Of a stretch of DNA of 64,000 bases, positions 36,101 through 47,056 are shown one piece after another; position 1 is the first letter of the stretch, and each line of letters starts with the position of its first letter. The DNA is taken from the NCBI GenBank assembly GCA_002633005.1, contig NMRA01000067.1:852440-916439 (forward strand), written 5' to 3'. Both the position numbers and the translations under genes were made by a program. The stretch is from Phoronis australis. Its lineage: Eukaryota; Animalia; Phoronida. The notes under the pieces are model-generated. The model saw nothing but the letters and a program-made list of their open reading frames with translations, was not told where the DNA came from and did no database searches.

Positions 36101-39100
36101 ATATCAAAAGTTGCATCAAATCAATACAAATTTAAGTAATTTAGAACATTGACGAGATTTCAATTTGCACATCAATGTCAAAGGAAATGGTCATGTTATT
36201 GATACTGTTTTGCAATGATTGTGTCTTTTGCTAAATTCAATTATAAAAAGACATGACTATATGACCCAATCAATAACAGAATTGTATAAATTCAAAAATA
36301 AAATTTTGCAGGTTGTCTACTTTCAGAAAATATGTATTTCTTGTGAATCAACTTTTATAGTTAAAACATATTTGGCTAAATGCAGACTTCTCGATGAGGT
36401 CGGTCCCTAACTTTCCTACAAAAGACTTCACTCTGAACCCTCATCACCAATTTGAATCACATGAATAAAAAATGCATACGCGCATATTAGTGTGTCATGA
36501 CTATTTTCAATCAAGACAATTAAAACAATAAGCACTACAGAAATATCACCTAATGTCTTTGCGTGGAATACTTTCATCATTAAATCGTTGAGATGTCAGC
36601 TGGGATTAGAAATGGACAACATTTTTAATTGTTTAACCACCTTCGTACCGAAAACTGTACACAGTTGAATGTGTGGCCCTATGAAGTTCAGTGTTTGTTT
36701 CTGTGATTGGATAGTCTACCCCAATGTCATTCCCTAATGTGGGCTTGGCTATTCACTAATCCACAGGGGGTAATAAAACAACTATCTTCTCAGCCAGGAC
36801 CATAAACCCTTTGTCAAGCTGTGTTTACATTCCAACTTGGACACTTGTGTGACTAAGAGCAGAATTCACAATTAACTACTTTCACTGACCATGCATGTCA
36901 ATTTCACAGGCCTGTAATGTGTGATGAGTACCCATGATTTACAACCATCCAAAAAATTCTAAGCCCCCCCCAAGTCCAAATTGGGTGATCGGATACTCTT
37001 CCCAATCTCATTCTATTTCAGTTTATAAATTGGCAATAGAAATGTCACTGTACCAGGCTTTAAACACAAACTGAAAGCAAATCAACCGTGCCGACCTTAC
37101 ATGCATATATATATACACATATAAAACCAGTTGGTTCTCAACTGGACAGGTTAACATTACGTTTTGCCAAGTGAAGTTCATGAGGGGTCGGCGCATCTTG
37201 AACCAGTCAGTGAGCAGGCTACCGTTGAGTCGGCCATGTAGCAGTCGCTCCAGGTGCTGGCCAGCATGTGTGATTCTCAGGCTGGAGTCAAACACAACGC
37301 TGAAGGGAAAAATCTGCAGAGACAACAGAGAACAGTCTAATAACATGTTCACAAGAGTATTTTTATCACATGACAAAGGACGTCTGAATCAGCTGGCACA
37401 GATCAATCGCTTAGAACCAGCTTTCACAAAGGTTCGCACCAGTCATTACTTACAATCAGTTTAAGCATTTGTCACACTTCTTTTGCATGACAGTCAAGCA
37501 TGTTGGAATCTGCTAATACTGGCAGCTACCATGATCTCCAAAATGGAATGGCCACTTGGGGTGTTAAAGTATTGCTGATACTCGACCAAAAATTTACCCG
37601 GCCAGTGCAGAGGCATATTGCCGTCACACATTTCTGTGTCAAGTTTCATTGAAATCCATCAATGGATGTCTGGATACCATTGGAAATGCTTTTCGCCTAA
37701 AACACACTGAAAAGCCACTTTTTGAGACCAAAATGGCCACTAGGAGGTGCTGCAGTATTCAAGTGGTGCTAATGGCTTGGTTCATTAGTTTTATCGAAAT
37801 CCGTCAATCGTTTCCCTAGATATCACATATGAAAAGGCTCTTCCCCATTACAGCGTTCTGTCGTTCAGAAACTTTTCCAGATGCGAGGGGTGCTGAACGT
37901 GCGATAACATCTGGCTCTCTTGTTAACTGCCCAGCTCAGTCTTTTGTCCTGTATGATAACAAGCAGGCCAATTATCTCCCAGGCTTCAAAGGAAACGTAT
38001 GGTGGTTGCACGCTATTACCAAATGCGTATGAACACAGTCAAACCCTGTGCGTCCGTTTGGACAGAATAGATTGTCTTAACTTCTGTTGTAGTTGGGCGA
38101 TTTTGGTGATTCAAAAATGGAGCATGATCAGCATTTGACAAGCAATTCAAAAATGCAATTGGTTTAAGCTCAAATATGTTATAACTTAACTTTAATTTTT
38201 ATCAGCCCAGCCCAGTCAGTCTAGATACAATCTGATCGAGATTAGAGCAATTATTGAATAAAAGAGTGCAGGCCCTCCAACCATTAATGCCAGAATGGAG
38301 TTAATCAGTAGTGCAAGATATTGGCTATGGGGGTAAACTTCCCAACTTGTTGTTGGGCTATAGAATCGAACAAGTTGGGAGCAACGGGATGTCGCCGTCA
38401 TGCTCCTGGCCAGTAAGGGGCAGGGCAGACTGAAAATAAGCATGCATTTAACACAGTAGTGATTCCCAATAGTAAATCGTTGTGCCAAATTTCATCTAAA
38501 TCCGAACAGCGTTTTTTGAGAAATCGAGCGAACACCCAGACAAGATAACGACACTATGCACCTGCACAAACTCATGTGTGTGCATATCAATTGAATTTAC
38601 CATTTTTCTAAAAAGGATATCGATAATCAATTATTATGTCAAAGGATTTAATTCAAACAAAATAAAGTCTGTTACAACTCACTGGATGTATTTCCCATGC
38701 CCAGATTATTAGATGAGTGAAGTGATCAGCTCAATCTAAAATCCTTGCTAACATGTAACTAGTGCCAGTAAATCATACTTAATGTACTCTTCTAAGTAGA
38801 CACCAATTAACCAGTGAACCTATTTATCAGACTAAAAAAACAGGGCGCATTGAAACTGATAAGATATCTTACATTTGTAGAACAATTGGTCAATGAATGA
38901 CACTAACATAACAAAAAACACTTCACAGCAACCTGGGTGAAAATTTTACGTGTATTACATGCTCAGCGTGTGTCAAACGAGGCAAAAAAGTGTAACCCAT
39001 GTAAAAAGCGTGTAGAAAAACTGCGAGGCTAATTAATGTTTAGAACATGTAAACCATCTAAAAATATGACACATTACATGTCAAACGTGTAAAAGCTCCA

Positions 39101-42038
39101 CGTGTAAATCGTGGCAAAGTATGACATGTAAACGTGGCAAACAGGTAAAAACTGCCACGCTCACATGTAAAGTTTGGTGGAACTACAGGGACCATTGCAG
39201 TGGCCACCTTGCGTCATTGACACATTCAAATTTTCAGTGATAGCTGATCAAAACAGTTGGTGTCTTCGTGATCTAAGCAGCAAAATTAAAGTCAGTGACT
39301 GTTTTTTGTAACAATATTGCGAAACATCCACTTCTCTAGAACGCCTCTGGAGGGGACTCAATCACCATTACTGAATGGAAAATGTCCATGTAAGCCTTAA
39401 AATTAGCATGTTCACAGTATTTTCTGGTCATCTGAAGGGGGCCCTCTCGAGACCCATGGGTCCTCACTAAATCTGCTTAAGCCTTGGTCACAACCCGCCG
39501 TACGTGCAAGTGCGTGCTGTCTACGTGTAAAAACGTGGGGGAAATTTGGCGATCCGTACGTGGCAAGTACGGCCTCCGTGCGTTTTGGTGAATACGCAGG
39601 AGAACGCAGACACGACGTAGCACTTTTAGTGCATGCAGAACTTTCTCTGCGTGCAAGCTGCGTTCGCATTACAGATTCACGGCAGTACGTGTGACGTACG
39701 TCCTCCCTGCGCTTGCCACTCCCTACTCACGTTTTCAGAAAAACGTGGTGCCCGTGGCGTCCGCAGAAAACGTACGAACAATAAACACGCACGGCGGGTT
39801 GTGACCATAGCTTTATGAAGAACTGTACATTTACGTGCCAAGATGCGAAGACCGTGAGCAGACACAAGTTGTCAGCCCAAAAAGCTGAGCTGTCAAGGGT
39901 CAATTGATGGATGATTTTCTAAAATGATTCTTGCATTGAAATGTTAGATTACCGACAGGGGACTGAACTCAAGGAAATGTGAAGTCAATTTCTTCAACTG
40001 TCACACACAATAAAATTTGACTTCCCAACAAAAAATACTACTGTAAAGGGCTTACTTCGCTGTTGACTTGGAAGGTTTCTATAATGCAGCAGTTGTCAAA
40101 CCTTTGCCCAGCAAACTTTTTAGTATCAGTAGCATTAGACAAGTATTATTGTTCTTCTGTGCCAATTATACGACGGAAAAATAGTTTAATTTCTCTAAGA
40201 TAGAATTGAGAAAATTCTACTTTTTTAGGAGGACAGTTTGTATTGCACAGTGGACCTATTCATATGTGGTCACACTCTCTAAACAAGAGCAAGGCAAAGT
40301 GTTTATTAGCACTACGTATTAATCAAAATAAAAAGCCACAAGGGGCAGCATAAGTCAAATCCATCTGAAACAAGGCAAAAGCTCTCATTACCCAAACAAA
40401 AACTTATTTGCCAGTTGGTGAACATCCGTCAGGGAACCACATGCAACAAAACTCGAATTAATGCCACTAGGGAGCATCGCAACAGCCGAACCCATCGAAA
40501 AATCAACATCAGCCGTGCTCATCTCCATAAGAACTGTGGATTTCATAATTAGTTATCCTACAAGCACTTAAATAAAGCTGAGGTCAAGAGGGAAAAACAC
40601 CAAAAGCATGCTAAATAATGAAATGGCTATTAGAGGGAAAAACACCAAAAGCATGGTAAATAATGAAATGGCTATTAGGGGAATGTAGATTACTTAGAAT
40701 CCATCTAAGAATGAGATAGTGTCGTCTCCATATTATAGAAAAGAGTCTGCAAAATTTCTCGTAAATCCATCAAGAAACTCGGTAGATATACAAAAAAAGC
40801 TAAATTGCCACTAGGGGGTAGAGCGGTATTTGATTGTGTTTACAAATTTGCTTGTGCTATCATGTCCACAACAAAAATATGTCTACACAGTTTCACAAAG
40901 TTAATCAGAGGATTTTGGATATCCAACAGCAGTCACTCGTTGCTAGTCGGATGTTGGCCTGACGAACGGAGCCGACACCTCCAATATATGTTCTGAAGGC
41001 GAATTTTAAAAGGGATCTTATTGATAAATTGAAGACGTTACTGCAGAATTTTAGAACTGTAGGTAAAGCATTTTTTGCATGTACACGGCGTTCATGTACT
41101 CAGGTGCTTATTTTAGCAAACTCTGAAAACGCGTGGGGGTGCTCATAGAGGCATGGGCGGTTATTAGGGCGAATACGGTAGTTTAGATGTGTGACAATGA
41201 AGCATTTACTCTTGATTGCAAATAAACAAAAAATATGAAGAAAGCAAGCTCAGAAAGCAAATAATATAAACCGACCATTTCTTAAGTTCAGTAAAGTACA
41301 TAATAATACTTGGTCTTCCAACACCATACGATGCCATGGCCTTTGTGACAACAAAGTGCAGTACGGTATGTAATGGCCTACCGAGAAGAAGGTTTCTGAC
41401 GACATCGTCCTGTATTTTTGAGCTCTGTTACCCCAACTCTGCTGCTCTTTAGTCTCTTGATGTTCCTTAAATGCCTCGTTATTGTAATCAAGTCGAAACT
41501 GTACGTGGCAGCCACTATTATTGTCTAAAATCTTGTTGCTGGTGATTCTTATTTCAACATCAACGTTATAGAAACGCTTTGCGCATACTTTTAGCTGACC
41601 TATAACATAATGTTCGAATCCAAGACGCTTTGATCGGTAGTGGAGAGTACAGCCATGTTCATCTTCATTTGTAACATAAAAAGAAGGAGTTCGCATTCTG
41701 GGATAACTGAAGCGCATGATTTCATGCAGATTGTCAATGCCATTCAAAAAGTCCCTGTAATGGCGACCAGACACGCGCAAGACGTCATGGTAACCATAAT
41801 GATCACAGAACTCGACAAAGACGGTGCCAAAGTAGTGGAGCATGTCTTTCTGCTCCTTAAATGGGATGTACTTGGAGAGGGACTCGCCCAGCTTGGTCAT
41901 CAGAGTGGCTGGGTAGACATGATGACTCGTGAATACATGGTTCTTGACACCAGCATCCTCCAGCGCACGGAACCACACTTCTTCACCAAAGTCCCTCTGC
42001 ACAGCATACTGGATACTTTCAAACAGCAAGCCATACAT
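2847..42038 (-). CDS. Gyc89D-like: Atypical soluble guanylyl cyclase (Gyc-89D-like), spliced CDS: join(42038-41382,37313-37161,35489-35275,29982-29853,27185-27039,26232-26086,25479-25317,23975-23779,8567-8342,3169-2847), about 785 aa
   Basis: All junctions are GT-AG and phases match (0,0,2,0,0,0,1,0,1). Motifs MYG..., [69 protein letters not shown] and loss of the first catalytic Asp point to the 89D subgroup. The last exon is less certain. Confidence 0.92.
3493..4685 (+). mobile_element. Non-autonomous Helentron/DINE-1-like element, copy 1
   Basis: 5' hairpin TTACTTGGCAAAATT..AATTTGCCAAGTA, internal (ATC/GTC)n tract, 3' sub-terminal IR AATTTCGCCAAGT (4642-4654) followed by a short palindrome and T-rich end; homologous to 45813-47056. 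Confidence 0.7.
5095..5414. mobile_element. Small TA-flanked TIR element (Tc1/mariner-like MITE)
   Basis: GGTAAAATCTCAACAATT ... AATTGGTGAGATTTTACC; a related end TACAGTAAAATCTCACC occurs at about 63053. Confidence 0.45.
6172..6208. repeat. (GA)n microsatellite
   Basis: Direct reading. Confidence 0.9.
8342..8567 (-). CDS. Gyc89D-like: sGC coding exon 9 (cyclase end + start of tail); if the donor at 8341 is not used it reads to a stop at 8307
   Basis: CTGCAG|[12 protein letters not shown] completes exon 8's RGTIEIK to the conserved KGKG.M.TYWL; phase-1 donor G|GTCAGT after 8342. Confidence 0.9.
8815..9180. repeat. Degenerate ~32-bp minisatellite
   Basis: Recurring GTCACTCAAGTAATAGGACAAGTGAAC-like units. 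Confidence 0.55.
13467..13819 (+). CDS. Nested gene coding exon 1 (signal peptide, KR site, coiled coil start)
   Basis: Acceptor TTTCAG ending 13430 with TACTGAC branch-like motif; ATG 13467; donor AA|GTGAGT phase 2. Confidence 0.75.
13467..22299 (+). CDS. Nested secreted fibrinogen-related (FReD; angiopoietin/ficolin-like) protein: join(13467-13819,15250-15371,15465-15533,?17054-17095,gap,21905-22299)
   Basis: Signal peptide [20 protein letters not shown], heptad-like region, phase-consistent GT-AG exons, and unambiguous FReD C-terminus ([32 protein letters not shown]). Linking the N-terminal exons to the FReD exon is inferred across a 472-N gap. Confidence 0.75.
14355..14447. repeat. 27-bp tandem repeat, about 3.5 copies
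   Basis: TTCTCTTAAAGGTGCAAT repeated. Confidence 0.8.
15250..15371 (+). CDS. Nested gene coding exon 2
   Basis: TTCTAG|A GGA CTT.. (phase 2) [41 protein letters not shown]|GTAAGC. Confidence 0.72.
15465..15533 (+). CDS. Nested gene coding exon 3
   Basis: TTCATAG|CT GAG.. phase 1, [23 protein letters not shown]|GTAAAG phase 1. Confidence 0.65.
15945..16870. repeat. Near-identical 449-bp direct duplication across a single N (probable haplotype overlap artefact)
   Basis: 15945-16393 equals 16422-16870 apart from a couple of SNPs; N at 16421. Confidence 0.85.
17054..17095 (+). CDS. Candidate 42-nt microexon of the nested gene ([14 protein letters not shown])
   Basis: CACTAAC branch motif at about 17013, pyrimidine tract, TAG acceptor, open phase 1-1, donor G|GTACGA. 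Confidence 0.45.
20231..20370 (-). mobile_element. tRNA-derived SINE fragment
   Basis: Reverse complement shows A-box-like TGGCTCAGTGAT, B-box-like GGTTTGGATCC and a (TGAA)n-like tail. Confidence 0.5.
21433..21904. other. Assembly gap (472 N)
   Basis: Run of N. Confidence 1.
21905..22299 (+). CDS. Fibrinogen C-terminal (FReD) domain, 3' part; 5' part in the gap
   Basis: [29 protein letters not shown]...[22 protein letters not shown]...[14 protein letters not shown]...[11 protein letters not shown], stop TGA 22297-22299. Confidence 0.95.
23779..23975 (-). CDS. Gyc89D-like: sGC coding exon 8 (cyclase signature)
   Basis: ACAG|[44 protein letters not shown]...RGTIEIK|GTGAGG, 197 nt, phase 1-0. 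Confidence 0.95.
25317..25479 (-). CDS. Gyc89D-like: sGC coding exon 7 (cyclase; absent from the ORF track)
   Basis: CCAG|[34 protein letters not shown]...LQLRT G|GTAGGC, 163 nt, phase 0-1. Confidence 0.93.
26086..26232 (-). CDS. Gyc89D-like: sGC coding exon 6 (cyclase domain start)
   Basis: TGCAG|[18 protein letters not shown]...[12 protein letters not shown]|GTCAGT, 147 nt. Confidence 0.93.
26557..27120 (-). repeat. 108-bp tandem array derived from the 3' part of sGC exon 5 plus its splice donor (5 donors)
   Basis: CAG|GTAAGT exon ends at 27039, 26931, 26824, 26716, 26608 (spacing 108,107,108,108); degenerate partial unit to about 26557. Confidence 0.95.
27039..27185 (-). CDS. Gyc89D-like: sGC coding exon 5 (coiled coil / signalling helix)
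   Basis: CACAG|[49 protein letters not shown]|GTAAGT, 147 nt. Confidence 0.92.
29323..29589. repeat. Perfect 72-bp inverted repeat flanked by a 17-bp direct repeat
   Basis: Arms 29367-29438 and 29505-29576 are exact reverse complements; GTATTTACATTAACTGA at 29323 and 29573. Confidence 0.9.
29853..29982 (-). CDS. Gyc89D-like: sGC coding exon 4 (absent from the ORF track)
   Basis: TTTTAG|..[43 protein letters not shown]|GTAAGA, 130 nt, phase 2-0. Confidence 0.93.
30090..32609. repeat. Direct duplication across a single N (probable uncollapsed haplotypes)
   Basis: 30090-31491 versus 31493-32609 with SNPs and indels; N at 31492. Confidence 0.85.
35275..35489 (-). CDS. Gyc89D-like: sGC coding exon 3 (PAS/HNOBA)
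   Basis: CAG|[12 protein letters not shown]...[22 protein letters not shown]|GTAAGT, 215 nt, phase 0-2. Confidence 0.93.
37161..37313 (-). CDS. Gyc89D-like: sGC coding exon 2 (PAS/HNOBA start)
   Basis: CAG|[18 protein letters not shown]...[11 protein letters not shown]|GTAATG, 153 nt, phase 0-0. Confidence 0.93.
39480..39812. mobile_element. PIF/Harbinger-type MITE
   Basis: TIR AGCCTTGGTCACAACCCGCCGT / ACGGCGGGTTGTGACCATAGCT, TTA on both sides, ACGT-rich interior. Confidence 0.75.
41023..41180 (-). mobile_element. Truncated left end of the CCGTATTCGCC-TIR family
   Basis: Reverse complement aligns with the first ~150 bp of 50565-51962 and 61266-62671, ends GCGAATACGGTA. Confidence 0.75.
41382..42038 (-). 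CDS. Gyc89D-like: sGC coding exon 1: complete H-NOX heme domain (219 codons)
   Basis: ATG at 42038 ([10 protein letters not shown]); acceptor TTGCAG upstream, exon starts 42071; His105, Y134-x-S136-x-R138, Tyr144; donor TCG|GTAGGC. Confidence 0.96.
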
Positions 42039-42594
42039 GTTACTGTATGGGCACAGACTGGCACCTTTCACCTGCAATAGTGGCAAAGGAACAGAATAAT
42101 TGACCACTAACACCAAGAGCAAACAGAGCACAACTATAGGTTAGTGCACTGCAATATAGTCTTTTGGAGGTAGCAAGGCAAATCTGTAAGCAGAAGGGAG
42201 ATGAAAGGAACGTCTATCAGAACTGACCAGCGAAGAAAATTTTAAACAAAAGTGGATCGCATTTCTGATCAGCCTTCTACTCAGCAAGCACCAGGCTACT
42301 GATGTCGGAAACAAGAAAGGGACTTTTCCATAAGACCTGATTGGTTAGATACATGCCAGACTACTCAGGTTGGTATCATTTGTGACTTTCAAGTATATCT
42401 CAGGTGGCTGAAGTAACAGCTTAGGTATGTATTCCACCTATTAGAGTTTTTTTCTCGAGGTCATTAAACAAAAGAAATGGTGGTCAGGGATGAGAGTAGG
42501 TGGAAATAGTATTATGTCAAGGAATTTTCTGTCATATGGAATGGCTGTGGGTACCCATTTTCCCAGGCACTGTGTTAATCTAGACTTTGGATAT

Positions 42595-43015
42595 TCACTA
42601 GCTTTGTCTACCCAGTGGAAGAGAATCCCCAGGAATCAGTCTTGAACTATTGGCACTATCTACCCAATGGAAGAGAACCCCCTGGAAATCAGTTATGAAT
42701 ATTAACTGGCACTGTCTACCTAGTGCAAACAAACCCAAGGCATAGAGTATTGAAGATTCACTGGCACTGTCTTCCCAGTGGAAACAAACCCCAGGCATTG
42801 AGTATTGAAGATTTACTGGTACTGTCTGCTCAGTAAAAGAGAACCCTGTGCACCAATCTTGAGTTATCACTGGCACTGTCTATCCAGTGGAAGCGAGCCC
42901 CGTGCATCCGTATTGAATATTGACTGGCACTGTATAACCAGTGGAACAGCACCAAACAGGAATCAGTCGTGAATATTCACTGGCTCTGTCTACCCTACCC
43001 TGAATGGAAGAGAAC
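42595..43015. repeat. Minisatellite, about 55-bp unit, 7-8 diverged copies
   Basis: Recurring CACTGGCACTGTCTACCCAGTGGAA. Confidence 0.8.
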
Positions 43016-43217
43016 TCTCAGTCCTCAGCCCTCCCTGCACTTGTGTTGTGATGATTTGACTATTTGTAGCTGACATCATTGCTTAAGAAAAACATTGATT
43101 CACGATTTATTCCAAGACTATGAAATTGATTCTGTGATCTTGTGAAAAAGAATTCAAGTAAATGGGACATTAGTCTCCTCAGTCACGTGCAAATCTTCGT
43201 CTTGCATTGCCGAAAAG

Positions 43218-43441
43218 GATACCAAACCTTGTAGATGTAAAAAGTCACTTACTTAGAGACGTGGTTGGTTGTTAGCAGAATTCTTAACGAGCGAAAGGCG
43301 GGAAATCCCTCATTCATTGACAAAGACCTGGCGGACCAGGCCAAAACGTCTGCTAACAACCAACCACATCTCTAAGTGACTTTTTACATCGAAAACGCCT
43401 CTAGAGACCAATGACGAAACTATTCTCCAGATATCAAACCT
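43218..43441. repeat. Inverted repeat (arms 43234-43279 / 43349-43390) with a 12-bp flanking direct repeat; Penelope-like remnant
   Basis: GATGTAAAAAGTCACTTA..GTGGTTGGTTGTTAGCAGA and its reverse complement; GATA(C/T)CAAACCT at 43218 and 43430. Confidence 0.65.
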
Positions 43442-44752
43442 GGTTTTGGCCTATAAGCAGATACTAAAATCAACTTTCCCATTCAGTTCTCTGAAACAAA
43501 CTAATGCTCTGTGATCATTGACATTACCCTCAAAAGGTTGGAGAAAACTTAGAGGAAAATTTGAAAACTCCTTTCAAAGTATGCTATACTTGCCTGTGAC
43601 AGCTAACAAACAACCTTATGAGTACTCGGTGATGTCATTCAAAACTCAACTCAAAATCGACTTATCACTTCTGAAAAATTGGAATTCCCACCACCTAAAC
43701 CAACACATCACCTAATGCAGTAAACACTTATTTTGATTGAATACAAAAATTAATTTAAATCATGCACCTGACCAGACAGATCACCCATATTAAATTTCTA
43801 ACAAATGGAAGACCTAATTTCAGTTTAAATCTCAATGAGCTGTTGTTCAAGAATGTTTACAATTTTCTGTTTGATAAATTTCTGTCAAATGGCAATAATG
43901 GATTATGGTATACCAAGCAACTTATTTTAAGTGGATAATTGTTTATATGAGTTGAAAGAAAATGATCTTGTTACTCATGTGTTATTGCATGGTGGTACAG
44001 GAACCTAGAAAATGCTGGAATTAAACTATTTTCAGAACAACATATCTCAGAAATTGTCAATAGGATTTGTATGAAACTTACACATAACTATGCTTTAAGC
44101 GCTTCTGTCGAGACGATAAGTAATTGGTTTTAAAGTGCTCCACTTCTGCAGGACGGGGTTATCAAAAATAGAACTTTTATGATTTTTATAAAAAATGAAA
44201 AGTGTGATAAAACAAAAAGAAAACGACACTTTAGAAAACCGTAACAACGTTTTTGAGATTTCACATTGAACATTTATATCTAAGGAAACTTGACAATGAA
44301 TGTTTATGATAACATTGTTTACTACGCTTTTGTAGTTAAACTTTACTAAAAGCTAATGTGACAATGTCAGATTCAGGTAAAAAGTTTACGATCAAAGTAT
44401 ACAGGCTCAATTAATTTACGGTACAGAAAATATATACTTTTACCAAGTTAAATTAAACTTTTGTAAACACTTGGCTAAATGCACAACTTCTTAACAAAGG
44501 CCTACATATATTTAATTCAAAAGTACTCAAAAGGTAATAAGCATGCCCAGGTGTAATGCCATAAAAATTTGCTGATAAACACAACGATGAATTAAATGGG
44601 CTTGTCATGTTTCAGCCTTTATTAAAACACCATCATCAGAAGAAAAAAAATAGTGATAACTGTGTTGCTTTGTCTTCATAACAATAATACCGGTTTGATT
44701 CATAAGGCAATTATTTAAACCAAAATAAATGCATTGTTGATTAAGTGGGGAA

Positions 44753-45019
44753 ACTTCGTTAAAGACACGACTAGACTTTTTGTTAGTGAGCTTGATACTG
44801 GTAAATTGTTCGTAATTTCGGAACAGTCTCCTTTCTTCTGGTGTGTAGGTATGAAGTAAAAGATGGAGACACATAACAAACAAACAAAAACTGTAGTAGC
44901 TATATTGCGTGACTTCATGTCACATCATCAGGCAATGAGTGAAATGAACACATATGAAATTACGAAAATACCAGTATCAAGCTTGCTAACAAAAAGTCTA
45001 GTTATGTCTTTAACGAAGT
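44753..45019. repeat. About 65-bp imperfect inverted repeat
   Basis: 44753-44819 versus 44956-45019. Confidence 0.8.
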
Positions 45020-45812
45020 GTGTGAAAACGAAGGGCTATTACCGAACTTAAACTGGGGAAAATGATAGTTTTTGCACTTCTTTGGCATTTGTTAACTTCC
45101 TGTATTATGTGATAAATTTTCTTTCTCCAAAACTAAGTCGTTTGTTTAACATTAATCCCCTTGTTTACCATGCGCCAAGGTTCACAGCAAGATGCAACAG
45201 TGCAGTTAGGCCTACTGGTGCAGTCTGCTCCAGACGAGCTCGGGATTGGAACTCCAGGTGCTATACTGAAGAGTGATTCTACGGACACGTTGTATTTTCT
45301 CAATGTTCAAAACCCCTCGATACTTGAAAAGGCTAAAAGAAGCCAGATTCTAACAGTACATTCTAAAAATCAATTAAATAATTCCACACCTTGAAACAAT
45401 GAACAAAAAATCATTTAGGTGCACTGTTAACTGGTTTCATAGCAATTCTAAAGTTTCGCATAAGGGAAATTCTCCATCTTTGTTGGAATTCTTAAGTCTG
45501 GGACAGCCAAGTTTGCCTACTCTAAAATTTGGCAAAAGCTCTGACCTTAAGAGTAAAATAATTTCTAACTGTCCCAAACTGGAAACCGAATTTTTACTGT
45601 AGTATGAGCAGCCAAGTCATCACAACTAATCCCTGCCTTGTCTGGTGGCCACAACTATCAAGTTCCACCGCCTTCCCCATATCAAGCTGCACCCAGACTG
45701 CCCCTTCAATTTCTAGACTCGTTTTGACACAAGCAACCTAATGGCTATGAACAAGAATCCCTAATTTGCATCCCAATTTTTTGTACTTGTATTCTGCCTT
45801 AATAAATGACCT

Positions 45813-47056
45813 AATATGAAAGCGCTGCGAGGAGCGAAACTTGGCGAAATTAACCAAAAAAACGACGTTAGAGATCACAAGAAAAGATGACGGCAGAGAT
45901 GATGACGAAGATGACAGCTATGACGACGATGGTGGCGATGATGGACAATGCAAGTTATGATATCATTCATATGAAGAACGTAGAGGTCAGAAATCACTAA
46001 GAAATAGGCTACAGTCTTGAGCGACACTTGGCGAAATTAACTAAAGAAAAGACGACGTCGGAGATGATGACGAAGATGACGAATATGATGCTGGTGGTGG
46101 CGATTATGAACAATATCATAACATTCATATGATGAACTTAGATGTCATAAATCAATAAGAAATAGGCTACAGTCTAGTTCAATAGAAGCTAAACCAACAT
46201 TAATGCAGCAAGAGCGCTCAACAAAGGATCAGCGTTATCAGAAAATCTCAAATAACTCAAAAAGTAGACGTCCTAGCGAAAAATGGAAAACATCTTCTCA
46301 AAGCCCGTTCAAAAGTCTATCTAAACTGATGGTATCGTTGAATTCCGTAAATTTTTCGAAAAAAATGAAATTTTGCGTTTTTTTTTAAATTTCAAAGTCA
46401 AATAACTCGAAAACGGTAAGTCTAAGAAAAAAATTGTAACAGATCATTTGAAAGAGTATACCTCAAAAAATCCACATGCAAAAAATCACGTCTTTTTCTC
46501 TTCCCGTTTAAAATCGCACTCCAGCACGACTGAAAATGGGTCAACATGCGCCAGTTCCGCCATCTTGAAAGCAACTTCCGGTTTATTGGCTTTGTACAAT
46601 AGCATGTCATAAGAAACTAACACCTGCAAAAATTCGAAGAAATTGGCCCTATAAAGCGCCCTCTACAGGAGAAAACATTTTTAGGCCAAAATCAAGGTGC
46701 GCATGTGCGATCGCCAATATTTCCGCCATTTTTAACCAGAAGTAAACAATTTCCGGAATACTTGTAGCATACTTCTGGTCCATTCACTGTGCCGATTCTT
46801 AGCCTTTTACGTAAAAAAATGGAGCCTCCAGAAGCATTTGAACCTTTAATCGAAAACAAAATGGCCGCCACATCCGCCATCCTGGATCCGATTATGACGA
46901 AAAAACAATAGGCTTCTAGTACTTCCGGAACTACGTGTTACATGTAAATTTCGTGATGATCGGACGAAAACTGCGACCTGCATCGTGCGAACAAAAAAAA
47001 AAAAAAAAACTTGATGGAAGACCAAAATACTTGGCGAAATAAATTTCGCCAAGTAA
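45813..47056 (-). mobile_element. Non-autonomous Helentron/DINE-1-like element, copy 2 (3' module duplicated)
   Basis: TACTTGGCGAAAT-AA-ATTTCGCCAAGTA hairpin at 47028-47055; ACTTGGCGAAATTAA at 45839 and 46026; GAT/GAC tracts; inverted homology to copy 1. Confidence 0.7.

Noticed and set aside
37500-41000. CCACTAGG / AAATCC-rich degenerate repeats (about 37.5-38.55 kb and 40.4-41.0 kb)
   Set aside because: Look like old non-autonomous elements, but ends and family could not be defined by eye
41640-42080. 146-aa plus-strand ORF
   Set aside because: Antisense shadow of the H-NOX exon
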